Source: Mobula hypostoma (lineage: Eukaryota). Taken from it: a stretch of DNA of 64,000 nt. The notes under the pieces were generated by a model, which had not been told where the DNA came from, did no database searches, and saw nothing but the letters and a program-made list of their open reading frames with translations. Below, piece by piece: positions 25,666 to 39,055 of the stretch. The stretch lies in the NCBI RefSeq assembly GCF_963921235.1, contig NC_086097.1, positions 39,372,001 through 39,436,000 of the forward strand, read 5' to 3'. Positions within the stretch are counted from its first letter, which is position 1; each line of letters begins with the position of its first letter. The position numbers and the translations under genes are program-made.

Positions 25666-27624
25666 ATGGAGACTGAGAAATTTATAAAGGCGCCGACCTT
25701 GGAGGCATTAGAGGATGCCAGGAAATCGGAATTGGTAGCTGTGGCCAAACGGTTGAATCTTGCTAAGGGGAAGTTGACAATGAGGAGAGAGGAGATACAC
25801 AGAGCTATCGTAGAGCACTATGTATCTAAAGGTGTGTTTCCCCAAGGCGAGCTGGGGGTGGTGTCTATTGAAAAACCTGCTGGAGACGCGGTACAGTTTG
25901 AAAAACTGAGACTTGAGCACGAGTTCCGGGTACGGCAGTTGGAGCGAGAAGAGAAAGAGAGGGATAGACAGTTACAGCGAGAAGGGCAGGAGAGAGAGTT
26001 AGAAAGGCAAGAGAGAGAGAGGCAGTTGGAGCAAGAAGAGAGGCAGTTGGAGAAACAAAGGGAAAGGGAATTCGAGCTGGAGAAGTTAAGGTTAAGGGCA
26101 GAGCAGGGGCTTGTGCCGAACCAAGGTGAAGGGTTCCGGGCGACCCAGGAGGTTAGGCTGGTTCCCCTATTTGACGATACCGACATGGATCGGTACTTTC
26201 TCCATTTCGAAAAAGTTGCTGCAAGTCAGGACTGGCCGAGGGATAAGTGAGCTGTTTTACTTCAGAGTGTACTGAAAGGGAAAGCCCAAGAAGCTTACTC
26301 AGCTTTGTCCGCGGAAGATGCCCAGAGGTATGAGGTGGTGAAAGACGCCATCCTCAGGATTTATGAGTTGGTCCCGGAGGCATACCGGCAGAGGTTCCGG
26401 AATGCAAGGAAGCAGTGGGACCGCACGTATTTGGAGTTTGCCCGTGAGATACAGACATATTGTGAGCGTTGGTGCGCCTCGAAGGGAGTAGAGGGGGATT
26501 ATGACAGACTGCTGCAGCTGATCCTGATTGAGCAGTTTAAAGGTTGTGTCCCTGAGGGTATGAAACCCTACCTAGATGAGAAAGAGGCAGCCACGTTAGC
26601 CGCAACTGCTAAGTTAGCGGATGAGTATGCGTTGACGCATAAAATGAAGTTTGCTCCGAGTAAAGGCTACCAGAAGGGTAGTCAGGACGGCAGGGAGAGT
26701 CCGCCGGAAAAGTCAGAAGGTAAGCTGGGGACTAGTGAGAAGGATAAGGTAGACTGGGAGCAGTCTGGCAGGAAGTCTCCTGGGGTCGTCTGTTATAATT
26801 GCGGGAAAGTCGGACACTTTGCGTCCAGGTGCTTTGCCCCAAAGAAGGAGACGGGAAAAGGGAAGACAGCGATTTTGACTGGCTGTATTGAGCTGGTACA
26901 TGAACCGCTAGGAGGGGACAGGTCTGCCAAAGTTCAGGAAGGGCGCGAGAAGTTTATCTCGGCTGGATTGGTGTTAGTGAAGGAGGGGTTAAAACCAGTT
27001 CCAGTGCGGATCTGGAGAGACACGGGAGCATGTCAGCCACTAATACTGAAGAGTGTATTAGAGTTTAGCTCAGAGACCCAGACTGGGGAGGTCAAGGTCA
27101 AAGGTATTGGGGAAGGGACAGAGTCAGTCCCTTTGCACCAGATACACTTACAAAGCAACCTGGTCTCTGGACTAGTCACGATCGGGGTGAGGTCCGAATT
27201 ACTGATGAAAGGTGTGGAAGTCTTGCTCGGTAATGACATCGCCGGGGGAATCGTGTTCCCAGTCGTGAGATTGACAGGTCAGCCTGCCAGCATTGAGGCC
27301 CCGCCCATGGACTCACAGGTTCATCACGGGACCGTGGTAGTGAATTTAGCTGAAACGTTTTTGCCAGTCTTGTACGAGACGGGGGTAGAAAATGAAAAGA
27401 AGGAGTGTAGTGAGACAAGAGGTAGTGAGGGAGCTGGGACAGACATAGCAGTAGCCAGGAAAGAATTTGTGCAGACGCAGGAGCGAGACGAGGGGCTGAT
27501 GGTTTTGGCAGAGACAGCTCTCTCTGACACAGACTTGACAAGGGAACTAGTAGGCTATTGTGTGGAGGAGGAAGTGCTAAGGAAGCAAGGGAGACCAAGT
27601 ACCGTGCCCGCAGATGAGGAATAG
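25666..27624 (+). pseudogene. Gypsy gag-protease, interrupted by one in-frame TGA at 26248-26250
   Basis: ORFs 25666-26250 and 26305-27624 share a frame; YFLHFEKVA, YEVVKDAILRIYELVPEAYRQRFR, CYNCGKVGHFASRC, RDTGA, VLLGND. Confidence 0.88.
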
Positions 27625-28742
27625 GGGGGTGGTGCAAAAGAGTTATGGGGATGAGGTTTTTAACCTGGCCCACAAGGTACCCCCCGGTGGACATTTTGCG
27701 GTACTGGAGGGAACAGTTGGTTGAACCATGAAAGAGGTTTACAGGCTGCCCAGGGGGAAGGATGTTGTTGATTATGACCGACGCGAACTGAGACGGTCAC
27801 AGGCTTTTGATATGCTAACAAACCTAGTCGGTGTTAGCACGGAAATCAATGAAGCTAGGGTCCCCCCGATAAGAGAAAAAAACCATTTTGAAAAGATGAG
27901 TATGGTATCGACCAGATGGGAAAAGGCTATTGTTTTGGCCAGGTCTGCTGATAAGGTCTCTCCCTTAATCCCCGAACAAAGCGACTCTTTAGGAGAAGTA
28001 ATTAAACGACTCGCACCCGTGTGTTAGATTGTCCCGAGGCGATGCAAAGAACTGGGACGTTGGGTGGTGTCTGTTACAATAGGTCAGCCTAGTAAACAAC
28101 ATCCATATAGAATGAGTAATTCAGTGACTAAAGGGCTGACGAACACAGAGGTGTGTATTGGCAATTTAATACGGCTGTCTGAAGCCAGCTTGATAGTGAA
28201 CCTTGAAAAAAATGAATTCGGCCACACCAAAGTCACTTACCTGGGAATTGTGGTGACACAGGGGCAGCTGGCAGCGATGCAAGCTACAGTGCAGGCTATC
28301 GCTGACCTCCCAACCCCGACAGACAAGAGGGCCCTCAGAAGGCTCTTGGAGATGGTGGGGTACTGTAGGAAATTTTGCAATAACTCTGCGGTCACTACCC
28401 CTCCCACTAAGCCCTTGCGAGAGAAAACTAAGTCGGAATGGGACGACCCTTGTTATTGTGGTCTGGGACAAAACCAAATGAGAGGTTACATTGATTGCAA
28501 TTCATCAGTGTTTTTGGCCACTATGAAGTTTGCTAAGTTGGAGCCTGGTCTAAGGGATTATTAATAACACATATAAAAGGGACGGAAAATGTGATTGCTG
28601 ACTGTCTGTCAAGGTGTTGACAACTTCAAACTCGCTGTATTAGCCAAATAGCTGATAAAGATGTATATTTGTGTGTGTATCAAATAATGTATTCATGTTT
28701 GTAATTTTTAACCCCCAGTAAAAATCCTTAAAGGGGGGGAAG

Positions 28743-29590
28743 TGTGACAAGAATACACATAGATGTTAGCTGTCCTGTGTGATCAGCAGTTGGTCTGCCA
28801 CCTGTCTTCGGGAGAGAGAGAGAGATAAGGAAGACAATGGAGCAGCATTTGGGAGATGTGTAATGAAGGGACGGGAGAGAGAGCTGTCTAGAGCGGCTCC
28901 CCCTTTGAACCCTGAACTGTCTGAAGTGATGGACAGGCGATACCCCAGCAGGGGGATAAAAAGGGACAGGTTCGCTAAGGCGACACACACGACACCCGAG
29001 GTAACGAGACCCTGGAAGCGGTGTGCCTCTCACCAGTCGGTGGGAAGCTTTTGGACGGCTGATCGCAGGATCAAGCCTTAAACGCACAGGGTGGAAAGGC
29101 ACGATCGGCGGGAACCTGGTGTGTGTCCACCCTTGCCTGGGTGCTATATTCAGCGCAGAGAAATGGTCGTATCTGGAAACGGAGGGGTCACGGTCGGTGA
29201 CCTCAGATGACATCACAAAGGGCTCGCACGAAAGCTGACTGCGAAGGTCTGTGTGGAAGCTGTGTTGAATATTCATTCGTTTTGCTCTCTCCTCCCCCCT
29301 ACTGTCCATCGCCATGGCAACGATTACTGCGGAACTGAACTAAATTGAACTGAACTTTGTGTCACTTTGAAACTGGTCATTTGCCCCTAGACAACGATAG
29401 AGCTTGATTGATCCTGAATTCTGTGTACATGTATGTTTATCATTGCTGAACTGTTGCATTCATTATCCTTTTGATTAGAGTACTGTGTTGCTTGTTTCTT
29501 TAATAAAACTTTCTTAGTTCTAGTAATCCAGACTCCAACTGAGTGATCCATTTCTGCTGGTTTGGCAACCCAGTTACGGGGTACGTAACA
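28743..29590 (+). repeat. 3' LTR
   Basis: Direct repeat of 24717-25566, preceded by AAAGGGGGGGAAG, followed by TSD CACC. Confidence 0.95.
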
Positions 29591-30007
29591 CACCATTCTA
29601 AGAACATTATTAGAAATAAAACCTCTAATGGTTTAAAGATGCTCTGGGACTTCCACAGTACTTTATTCCCAGCTTCTCAAAATACATTGTTTTTCACTAA
29701 GTCAAGAGATGCAACTTAATGTTTTTTTTGTTTTTCCTTCTGCATGTGGGGCTCTTTATCACCCAAATTTGTCCCTTCATGTCACAGAAGCCTTCTTCAT
29801 TGAATAGGTACTGCCACAACATAATCCTTGCAATACTTCCAGAGCACTTAACTGGAAAGAACACCAAAGGTAAGTACAGTACTTCAACTGAGACACAGTG
29901 CTCTCTACTGATCACAAATCTGGTCATTAGCTCAGCTGAGGCAAACAGGTTGAATTTACATAGAGTATTTTTAATAATGAAAAGATTACTATAATGGATA
30001 TCTGCAG

Positions 30008-30567
30008 ACACTAGACACTAGAATACTACAGCACAGTACAGGCCCTTCGGCCCTCGATGTTGTGCTGACCCATATATTCCTAAAAAAAAGTACTAAACCC
30101 ACACTACCCTGTACCCTCTATTTTTCTTTCATCCATGTGCCTGTCCAAGAGGCTCTTAAATACCCCTAACGTTTTAGCCTCCACCACCACCCCTGGCAAG
30201 TCATTCCAGGCACCCACAACCCTCTGTGTAAAAACCTTACCCCTGATGTCTCCCCTAAACTTCCCTCCCTTACTTTGTACATATGCCCTCTGGTGTTTGC
30301 TATTCGTGCCCTGGGAAACAGGTACTGGCTATCCACCCTATCTATGCCTCTCATAACCTTGTAGACCTCTATCAAGTCCCCTCTCATCCTTGTACGCTCC
30401 AAAAAGAAAAGTCCCAGCTCTGCTAACCTTGCCTCATAAGACTTGTTTTCCAATCCAGGCAACATCCTGGTAAACCTCCTCTGCATCCTCTCCATGGCTT
30501 CCACATCCTTCCTATAATGAGGTGACCAGAACTGAACACAATATTCTAAGTGTGGTCTCACCAGAGC
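30008..30567 (-). mobile_element. CR1 3' fragment
   Basis: ALVRPHLEYCVQFWSPHYRKD...RGDLIEVYK; short tandem tail. Confidence 0.85.
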
Positions 30568-31225
30568 GACAAGGAATTCCAAAGGATATTTTCAAGGTAG
30601 CCTTGAGGCTGGGAGATAATATAAATCTGTAAACACTGATTGTCTAATGGAAAAAGAACAGAGACTGCAAAGTTTCTGTTCAGCTCAAGCTTTTCCTCAT
30701 TCACTTACTAGGATTTGGACCTATGAAGAAGTAGGCATTTATTGCCCTTTGAACCACAACAGTACTCACAATGGTTTTGGATAGGAGGTTCTGTGATTTA
30801 AACTCTGTGCCAATGACAGAAGATTGATACTGTTCCTAGACAGGATGATACATAGTTGTACTTGTGGCGCTTGTTTTCCTGGTAGTAAAGAATTTATAGG
30901 GTAAATTACAATGGATTTGATAGATGGCATATAGCTAGAAAGACCTAGAATCTAGACTAAGGCAATTTAGCCCAATCTGGCGGAGGTTCTAAAATTCTTC
31001 ACACCGTATTAGCCAAGGGAAAATTGACCAGATCTAGTCCTAAATGTATAATAACTATTTCCTTCTAGGTGCCAAGTTAGGTGACACTACACTCAAGTCT
31101 TTCTTCCTGAGCAGTCTGCCAAGAGACTAACCAGAATGGCCACAAACATGTTTTCTCACAAAGGGAGCAGGGAAAGGTATTGATTGAAAATGGACTAAGT
31201 CCTAATCAAAATCTATGCAAAGTAC

Positions 31226-31305
31226 CTTTGTCCTTCAACACAAATTTCACTGCTGGTTTTTATTTGCTGGATGATCCATTTTGTGAGAGTAATCTTCCTT
31301 TTTTC
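31226..31305 (-). CDS. MIS18BP1: MIS18BP1 coding exon 4, start of SANTA domain
   Basis: EKRKITLTKWIIQQIKTSSEICVEGQ(R), matching SANTA LxxW.I...ICVEG; 80 nt, phase 0 to 2. Confidence 0.92.
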
Positions 31306-32958
31306 CTATATGTTTAAAGGAAAGTGTATAATTATGCAAACTTATCAATAAAGTATCTATCATTATTGAAAAAATTAACTAGTCAAAGTTATTAGACACA
31401 GAAATTCTCCTCTAAGAGACCTGCTCTAATAAACTATCCATTAACAACGGCAGCATTTTCTCATGGTTCCTAATAATTTCACATATTGTAAGCCACCAGT
31501 TAATCAATATCTATATCTTTGAAAAATATAATCCATCTGTTCAAAAAGATCCTGTTGATCCTTGGCATGATTAGAAAGCTTGCTGATGATACTAAATTTG
31601 GTGGTTTGTTGATAACGATTGCAACAGGTTACAATAAACTGAACAGACATCTTGATCAGTTAGGGAAACGGGCTGAGGAATGGTATATGGATTTCAACTT
31701 AGAAAAGTTTGAGGTGATGCATTTTGGAAAGCCAAACCAGGGTAGTATTTATACAGTGCATGGCAGGTGCTGTGGAACAGAAGAACAGGTACAAGTGCAC
31801 AGTTTGCTGAAAGCAGCCATGTAGATACAGGATGGTGAAGGTGGTGTTCAGTCTGCTGGCCTTCATTAGTAAGGGCATCAAGTTTAGGAGCAGGGACATT
31901 ATGTTGCAGTTATATATGTCAGTGATGAGGCCATACTTGGATTATTGTACATCAGTATTCTGGAGTAAAGAATTCCAAAATATTCCTAACATGATGACAG
32001 CAATTTTTCCTGTTTAGTACTAAAACTGTGCACCTCGACTGTGAACTCTCTGAACAGAGGGAAGGCCATGGTGGTACAACAGATAAAGCTGCTGCCTCAG
32101 CTCAACCAACCTGCATTTAATCCTGACTTGTGATGTCTATGTGCAGTTACACATTGTCCCTGCAACTGCGCGAGCTGTCCCTTAGTGCCACAGTTTCTAA
32201 AGTCTTGTGGATTTACTGGCCACTGTGAGCTGCCTATATAGTAAGTAGGGATTTGATGGTAATGTAGGGAGATTAAATGGGAGTAGTGTAAATATGTCTT
32301 CAATGGTCAGTGCAGTGGGATGAAGGACATAAGTCTAAAATTCAATGAAATTGTCTTTCCATGTGTCAACCTCGCTTAGTCGCCAATTACAAAATGTTGC
32401 AGAGCAACCAAGCACAACTCTTGCTCGGTAAATCAAACGGCAATGCTCCCCGCAGGAAGTGGAGCAGCTACCAGCTAAACAATAGTACTTTGACACATAG
32501 GATTGTTCCTTATGAATCTCAAAACTTAGCATTCTGAAGAAATAGACAACTATTTCAGTTAATGACGAGTGGCGTTTAGTACGTAGTATGTCATATGCAT
32601 TCTCCTAATAGCTAAAACAGTGAACATTTATCTCTATGGTTATGCAGTAATTTTGCTCTCTATTTCAAAAATGACACATAATCCAGGTGACTAAATGTGG
32701 TTCTGTATAATTATTCCATGACTTAATCTTAAAATTTATGCAAAACAGAAAGCTTGCAAATTGTCTCAATTTTGGAACCATGACACCACCAATAACGTTC
32801 TATTAAAGAAAGTATATGACTAAATTAGTTTCCAATGAATTATATATACCTTACCTATCATCCATGACAAGAGTTATTATTTTTTTTTAGAATGGTTATA
32901 CAGAGATGCATCTGTCCTATATAAATGTAGACAATTGTCTAATGCTGATTTTGCTTAC

Positions 32959-33470
32959 CTCTTTGCTTTTGGGACTATTAACAATGGTAGGCTTTGATTT
33001 TCCAAGTTCAACTTCTGCACCTTTTCTTGGTATTCTGATCTTTGGTGATGTCAGCAAAATATTGCACAGCTCCTTATACCCTTTAATATCTTCATTTGCT
33101 CCTTCAGAGTCTGTGTGTTTTGCTTGTACCATGTTTTTATCTGTTTGGGCAAATGTTTGCAAAGAGATGGTGCTGAAACCCAGGATGTCCTGCATTTCAT
33201 TTTCTGTGCAGTCGGAGGGCTTGCTGTTTGAAACTGAATTTACTCTGTTTTGTGTTATGCTACCTTCATCATCACCATCATTTCCATTATCGGAATCCAG
33301 CTTCAGAGAAACAGAACTCCAATTTTCCTCCTTTTTAGCAGCACTATTAACTTCGGATATCATGCTTTTTTGCAGAAACTCTGTATTTCTTGTGGGCTGA
33401 TAAATACTTGGTGCATTTGGCACTTCTGTTGAAACTGATTTTCCTCGTTGGTCACCACGTAGGAATCCAA
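32959..33470 (-). CDS. MIS18BP1: MIS18BP1 coding exon 3
   Basis: Acceptor tactAG 33472-33471, donor GAG|GTAAGC; 512 nt open, phase 1 to 0; contains ILLTSPKIRIPRK. Confidence 0.87.
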
Positions 33471-34469
33471 CTAGTATCCAAAAAAAAAATATCATTACAT
33501 ACAAAGACAAAGAAGAAAGGAACAATATTATAACTAGAAATTCTAGACCAGTTTAAAGGTTGCAAATATACTACACGCCCAGTGATTAATCCCATCCCAT
33601 TGTGTTGAAAGGAGATTTATGAGGCATGGATAATCTAAAGATAAAATGGACAGAGAGAATTCCAGGAGTTTAAAAAAAGTCTTATGCTCAAAATAAGGGG
33701 TCAATTAACACAAGGAGGTTAAGGCTCCATTAACTAACTTCAAACCCATTGTCAACTAGAAAAAGAAGTAAATTCCTTTCATCATTAGAGATTTGGAAAA
33801 CCCTTACAATATCACCAGGAAGAGCAGATCGTATGTGGATCTGGGGCGAGCCAGCCAATTGGATGAAAAATTAGTTTGGTTGCAGGAGTCAAAGCATGGT
33901 AGTTGGGGGTGGGGGGGTGGGGGGTAGGGGAAGATTGTTTTTTCAGATTGGAAGCTTGTGACCAGTGGTGTGCCAAATTGATCACTGCTGGGTTCACCAT
34001 CACTTGTCATCCAAAGCAATAATTCAGATAATTATGTAGTTGGTGTGGTTAGTTTACAGTTGACATCACAACTAGTGGTATAGTGCTTAGTGAAGAAAGT
34101 TACTTAAGGTTAAAACAGGATCCTGAACTGGGTAAGTAGGCCAAGGAATGACAGATGAAATTAAGCTGGGATAAGTGTGAAGTGATGTATTTTAGGAAAT
34201 TAAACCAAGCAAGGGCTTGCACTATAAATGCCAGGCCTCCACAGAGTGTTGTAGAACAGAGTGAGCTGTGGGTTCAAGTATATTAATCTCTGAAAGTGGG
34301 TACATGGGTAAAATAGGTGGTGAAAGTGGCATCTGGCATGCTTCCCTTCATCATTCAGGGCACTGAGTACAGGAATTGGGATGCCACGTGAGATGGGACT
34401 TGAAGTATTGTGTGCAGTTTGGTTAATGAGCCATAGCACTGACGTCATTAAGATGGAACTAACTGCCTA

Positions 34470-34865
34470 TTACCCTACTGGCCTTTAGAGCAGCAATGAA
34501 AGTCCTCCATCTCTGGTGTTCAGGACATTCCTTCATCATGTCAGTATCAACCTCCCCGTTTTCAGTACTATTAGTCACGCAAGTCGCATGGAGACTCAGG
34601 AATACTGTCAAACTCAGTTGTTAAAGGATTCTTCATTGTTGTTTCTATAACAACCTTGTTTTACCAGTTAGCCTTGAGCTGAACCACTGACCCCAGAGGA
34701 CCAGTAGACCATTCTTAGTCTGGCCTCTATTCTTTGACCTGTTTGGCATGGGTGACTCTACCAAAAGCCAACACATAAAGCTCTGACGCCAGACAACATT
34801 GCTCTCCGGGTCATTAAGGCACACAAGCCTCCAAACCCAATGACAAGGTTGTGGTCCTCTTGGAG
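34470..34865 (-). mobile_element. RTE-related short element / 5'UTR fragment (similar copy at about 40260-40510, +)
   Basis: Shared cacccatgccaaa..gtcaaag..tagaggccaga..ggttcagctca motif between the two loci. Confidence 0.55.
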
Positions 34866-35188
34866 GTTTAAGCTGGAAAGGGGGCAGAAAATATTCACTA
34901 GGATGTTATAGGAGAGCTTGAGTTGGAAGGAGACACTGGATAAGTTGGGTTTTTTTGCCCTGGAGTGGAGAAGACTGAGAGGTGATATTAGAGAATTATA
35001 CCCATGTGAGTGGCCATGGTATAGGTACCAAGGCCAAGAAAGCACACAAGCATTTCATTGAGCTCAGAGACTAAGTTAATTTAGCATGTTGTCGATGACT
35101 TTCACCAATTTTTACAAATGTACCATACAAAACACCCAATCTGGGTGAATTAAAGCTTGGTAGAGCAACAGCTCTAATGAAAGCTGCA

Positions 35189-36630
35189 GAGCAACACACA
35201 CAAAATGCTGGTGAATGCAGTAGGCCAGGCAGCATCTATAGGAAGAGGTACAGTCGACATTTCGGGCCAAGACCCTTCGTCAGGACTAACTGAAAGAAGA
35301 GATAGTAAGAAATTTGAAAGTGGGAGGGGGAGGGGGAGATCCGAAATGATAGGAGAAGACAGGAGGGGGAGGGATGGAGCTAAGAGCTGGAAAGTTGGCA
35401 AAAGGGATACAAGGCTGGAGAAGGGAGAGGATCATGGAACGGGAGGCCTAGGGAGAAAGGGGGGGGGAGCACCAGAGGGAGATGGAGAGCAAGCAAGGAG
35501 CTATAGTGAGAGGGGCAGAGGGAGAAATAAGAGAGAGAAAGAAAGGGGGGAAATAAAAAATAATAAATAAATAAATAAGGAATGGGGTAAGAAGGGGAAG
35601 AGGGGCATTAACGGAAGTTAGAGAAGTCAATGTTCATGCCATCAGGTTGGAGGCTACCCAGACGGAATATAAGGCGTTGTTTCTCCAACCTGAGTGTGGC
35701 TTCATCTTTACAGTAGAGGAGGACGTGGATAGACATATCAGAATGGGAATGCGACGTGGAATTAAAATGTGTGGCCACTGGGAGATCCTGCTTTCTCTGG
35801 CGGACAGAGCGTAGATGTTCAGCGAAACAGTCTCCCAGTCTGCGTTGGGTCTCGCCAATGTATAGAAGGCCGCACCGGGAGCACCGGACGCAGTATATCA
35901 CCCCAGCCGACTCACAGGTGAAGTGTCGCCTCACCTGGAAGTACTGTCTGGGGCCCTGAATGGTGGTGAGGGAGGAAGTGTAAGGGCATGTGTAGCACTT
36001 GTTCTGCTTACAAGGATAAGTACCGGGAGGGAGATCAGTGAGAAGGGATGGGGGGGCGGGGTATGATTGGACAAGGGAGTCGCGTAGGGAGCGATCCCTG
36101 CGGAAAGCAGAAGCGGGGGGGAGGGAAAGATGTGCTTGGTGGTGGGATCCCGTTGGAGGTGGCGGAAGTTATGGAGAATTATACGTTGGACCTGGAGGCT
36201 GGTGGGGTGATAGGTGAGGACAAGGGGAACCCTATTCCTAGTGGGGTGGCGGGAGGACGGGGTGAGAGCAGATGTGCTTGAAATGGGAGAGATGCATTAG
36301 AGAGCAGAGTTGATGGTGGAGGAAGGGAAGCCCCTTTCTTTAAAAAAGGAAGACATCTCCTTCGTTCTGGAATGAAAAGCCTCATCCTGATAGCAGATGC
36401 AGTGGAGATGGAGGAATTGCGAGAAGGGGATGGCATTTTTTAAAGAGATAGGGTGGGAAGAGAAATAGTCCAGGTAGCTGTGAGAGTCCGTAGGCTTATA
36501 GTAGACATCAGTAGATAAGCTGTCTCCAGAGATAGAGACAGAAAAATCAAGAAAAGGGAGGGAGGTGTCGGAAATGAACCAGGTAAATTTGAGGGCAGGG
36601 TGAAAGTTGGAGGCAAAGTTAATGAAGTCC
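35189..36630 (-). mobile_element. Penelope-like element 3' part (RT C-terminus, GIY-YIG endonuclease, hammerhead-bearing end)
   Basis: DFINFASNFHPALKFTW..LPFLD, VYYKPTDSHSYLD, VIYCVRCSRCGLLYIGETQRRL. Confidence 0.92.
35252..35287 (-). ncRNA. Minimal hammerhead motif, sense to MIS18BP1 pre-mRNA
   Basis: Minus strand AGTC-CTGACGA-AGGGTCTTGGCCC-GAAAT-GTC-GACT. Confidence 0.6.
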
Positions 36631-37603
36631 CCCATTCCTTCTGCTTTCCGCAGGGATCGCGCCCTACGCGACTCCCTTGTCCATTCATTTCCCCCCCATC
36701 CCTTCCCACCGATCTCCCTCCCGGCACTTATCCTTGTAAGCGGAACAAGTACTACACATGCCCTTACACCGTTTTCCCTTACCACCATTCAGGGCCCCAG
36801 ACAGTCCTTCCAGGTGAAGAGACACTTCACCTGTGAGTCGGCTGGTGATATACTGCGTCCGGTGCTCCCGGTGCGGCCTTCTATACATTGGCGAGACCCG
36901 ACGCAGACTGGGAGACTGTTTCGTTGAACACCTACGCTCTGTCCGTCAGGGAAAGCAGGCTCTCCTAGTGGCCACACATTTTAATTCCACGTCGCATTCC
37001 CATTCTGATATGTCTGTCCACGGCCTCCTCTACTGTCAAGATGAAGCCACACTCAGGTTGGAGGAACACCACCTTATATTTCGTCTGGGTAGCCTGCAAT
37101 CTGAAGGCATGAACATTGACTTGTCTAACTTCCGTTAATGCCTCTCCTCCCCTTCTTACCCCATCCCTTATTTCTTTCTTTCTTTATTATTTTTTATTTC
37201 CCCCCTTTTCTTTCTCTCTCTCTTTTTTCTCCCTCTGACTCTCTCACTATAGCTCCTTGCCTGCTCTCCACCTTCCTCTGGTGCTCCCCTCCCCCTTCCT
37301 TTCTCCCTCGGCCTCCCGTCCCATGATCCTCTCCCTTCTCCAGCCCTGTATCCCTTTTGCCAACTTTCTAGCTCTTAGCTCCATCCTTCCCCCTCCTGTC
37401 TTCTCCTATCATTTCGGATCTCCCTCTCCCCCTACCCCTCCCACTTTCAAATCTCTTACTATCTCTTCTTTCAGTTAGTCCTGACGAAGGGTCTCGGCCC
37501 GAAATATTGACTGTACCTCTTCCTATAGATGCTGCCTGGCCTACTGCGTTCCACCAACATTTTGTGTGTGTTGCTAGAATTTCCAGCATCTGCAGATTTC
37601 CTC
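36631..37603 (+). mobile_element. Inverted second arm of the Penelope-like element
   Basis: Approximate reverse complement of 35190-36115; GIY-YIG ORF 36833-37138; hammerhead core CTGACGA...GAAAT-ATT near 37477-37512. Confidence 0.92.
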
Positions 37604-37981
37604 AAGTTTGCAAGAAATTGCAGAGTTGTGAATGCAGCACAGTCTGTCATGAAAACCAGCCTCCCTTCATTGACTATGCTACACTTCCCCTGCCTCAGGA
37701 AAGCAATGAACATAATCAAGAGCTCCTCTTACCCTAGTCATTCTTTCTTCTCCCCATCCCACTGGGCAGAAGATACGAAAGCTTGAGCACATGTACAACC
37801 AGACTCAAGAACTGCTATTATAATACTCTCGAGTTGACTTTTTGCACAACTAAATCAATTCTTGATCTCTTGGTCTACCTTGTCTACTTTGTTTGCCTAC
37901 CTGCACTGCACTTTCTCTGTAAATGCATTATTATATTCTGTCTTCTGTTTTATTCTGCTTTTGTGCTATTTCAGCATACTT

Positions 37982-38287
37982 ATGTCTCCCATCCACTACA
38001 TAATGTACTGGGTGGGCACAGGAGTACATTCAGCCAGAGACTCATTCCACCGAGATGCAACACAGAGCGTCATAGGAAGTCATTCCTGTTTGTGGCCATC
38101 AAACTTTACAACTCCTCCCTTGGAGAGTCAGACACCCTGAGCCAATAGGCTGGTCCTGGACTTATTTCCTGGCATAATTTACATATTACTATTTAACTAT
38201 TTCTGGTTTTATTACTACTTATTATTTATGGTGCAACTGTAACGAAAACCAATCTCCCCCAGGATCAATAAAGTATGACTATGACTA
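37982..38287 (+). mobile_element. 3' fragment of the LINE family also at 39056-39998, with (TATGAC)n tail
   Basis: Near-identical to about 39700-39998. Confidence 0.85.
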
Positions 38288-39055
38288 TCTATGCAGTGAT
38301 CTGCCTGAATGGTATGCAAAACTTTTCACTGTCTCTTGGTACACGTAACAATAAGAAAACAATTACCAAAATTAAATCATGAGGGGAATATGATAGGGTG
38401 AATTGTCACAGTCTTTTTCCCAAGGTTGGGGAGTCTAAAACTAGTGGACATAAATCTAAAATGCGAAGGAAACATTTACAGGGATTCAAGGGTCAAGTTT
38501 TTCTATACAGAGGGGGGTGGGCATGAACAAGCTGCCAGAGGAAGTGGTGGAGGCAGGTACAATCACAACATTTACAAGTTATTTAGACAGGGATATGGAT
38601 AGGGAAGGTTCGGAGGGACATGGGCTAAAAGCAGGCAAACGGTACTAGTTCAGGTAGGCAACTTAGTTGGCATAGATAAGTTGGGCAGAAGGGCCCATTT
38701 CCATGCTGCATAAGTCTATGGTGCTCCAAATGATATCCTTTCCATCTTTGATAAATTAGCATCCCAAGTGATAAACTTTAATTATTATATATTATACTTA
38801 GAATTTCAGAAGGCATTTGGCAAAATTCATACAAAAGGCTGCAAGTTAAAGACAAAAACATCAGTTAGAATTACATTAAGTCATCAGATAGAAAAAGACA
38901 AAATAGCAGAAGAAAAATACTTAGAAGAGTTTTGTTAGGGTGAAAAATACTGTTGGTACAGAAACTATTATTGAGAATGACAATGATTTCAAACATACAA
39001 AGTGATTTGAATTGTGAAACCCCAATGCAATTTTACATGTGATACTAAAATTTTA

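Larger units (their letters stand above)
24717..29590 (+). mobile_element. Ty3/Gypsy (Gmr1-like) LTR retrotransposon, both LTRs present, pol internally deleted
   Basis: LTRs 24717-25566 and 28743-29590 (TG...CA); TSD CACC; tRNA-Pro-like PBS near 25571; polypurine tract before 28743; Gag with SCAN-like capsid and CCHC knuckle; protease DTGA. Confidence 0.95.

Noticed and set aside
32335..32533. 65-aa minus-strand ORF behind an acceptor-like site
   Set aside because: The required phase 0 hits TGA at the fifth codon; exon 32959 joins 31305 in phase without it
32906..33400. 164-aa hydrophobic + strand ORF
   Set aside because: Antisense shadow of MIS18BP1 coding exon 3
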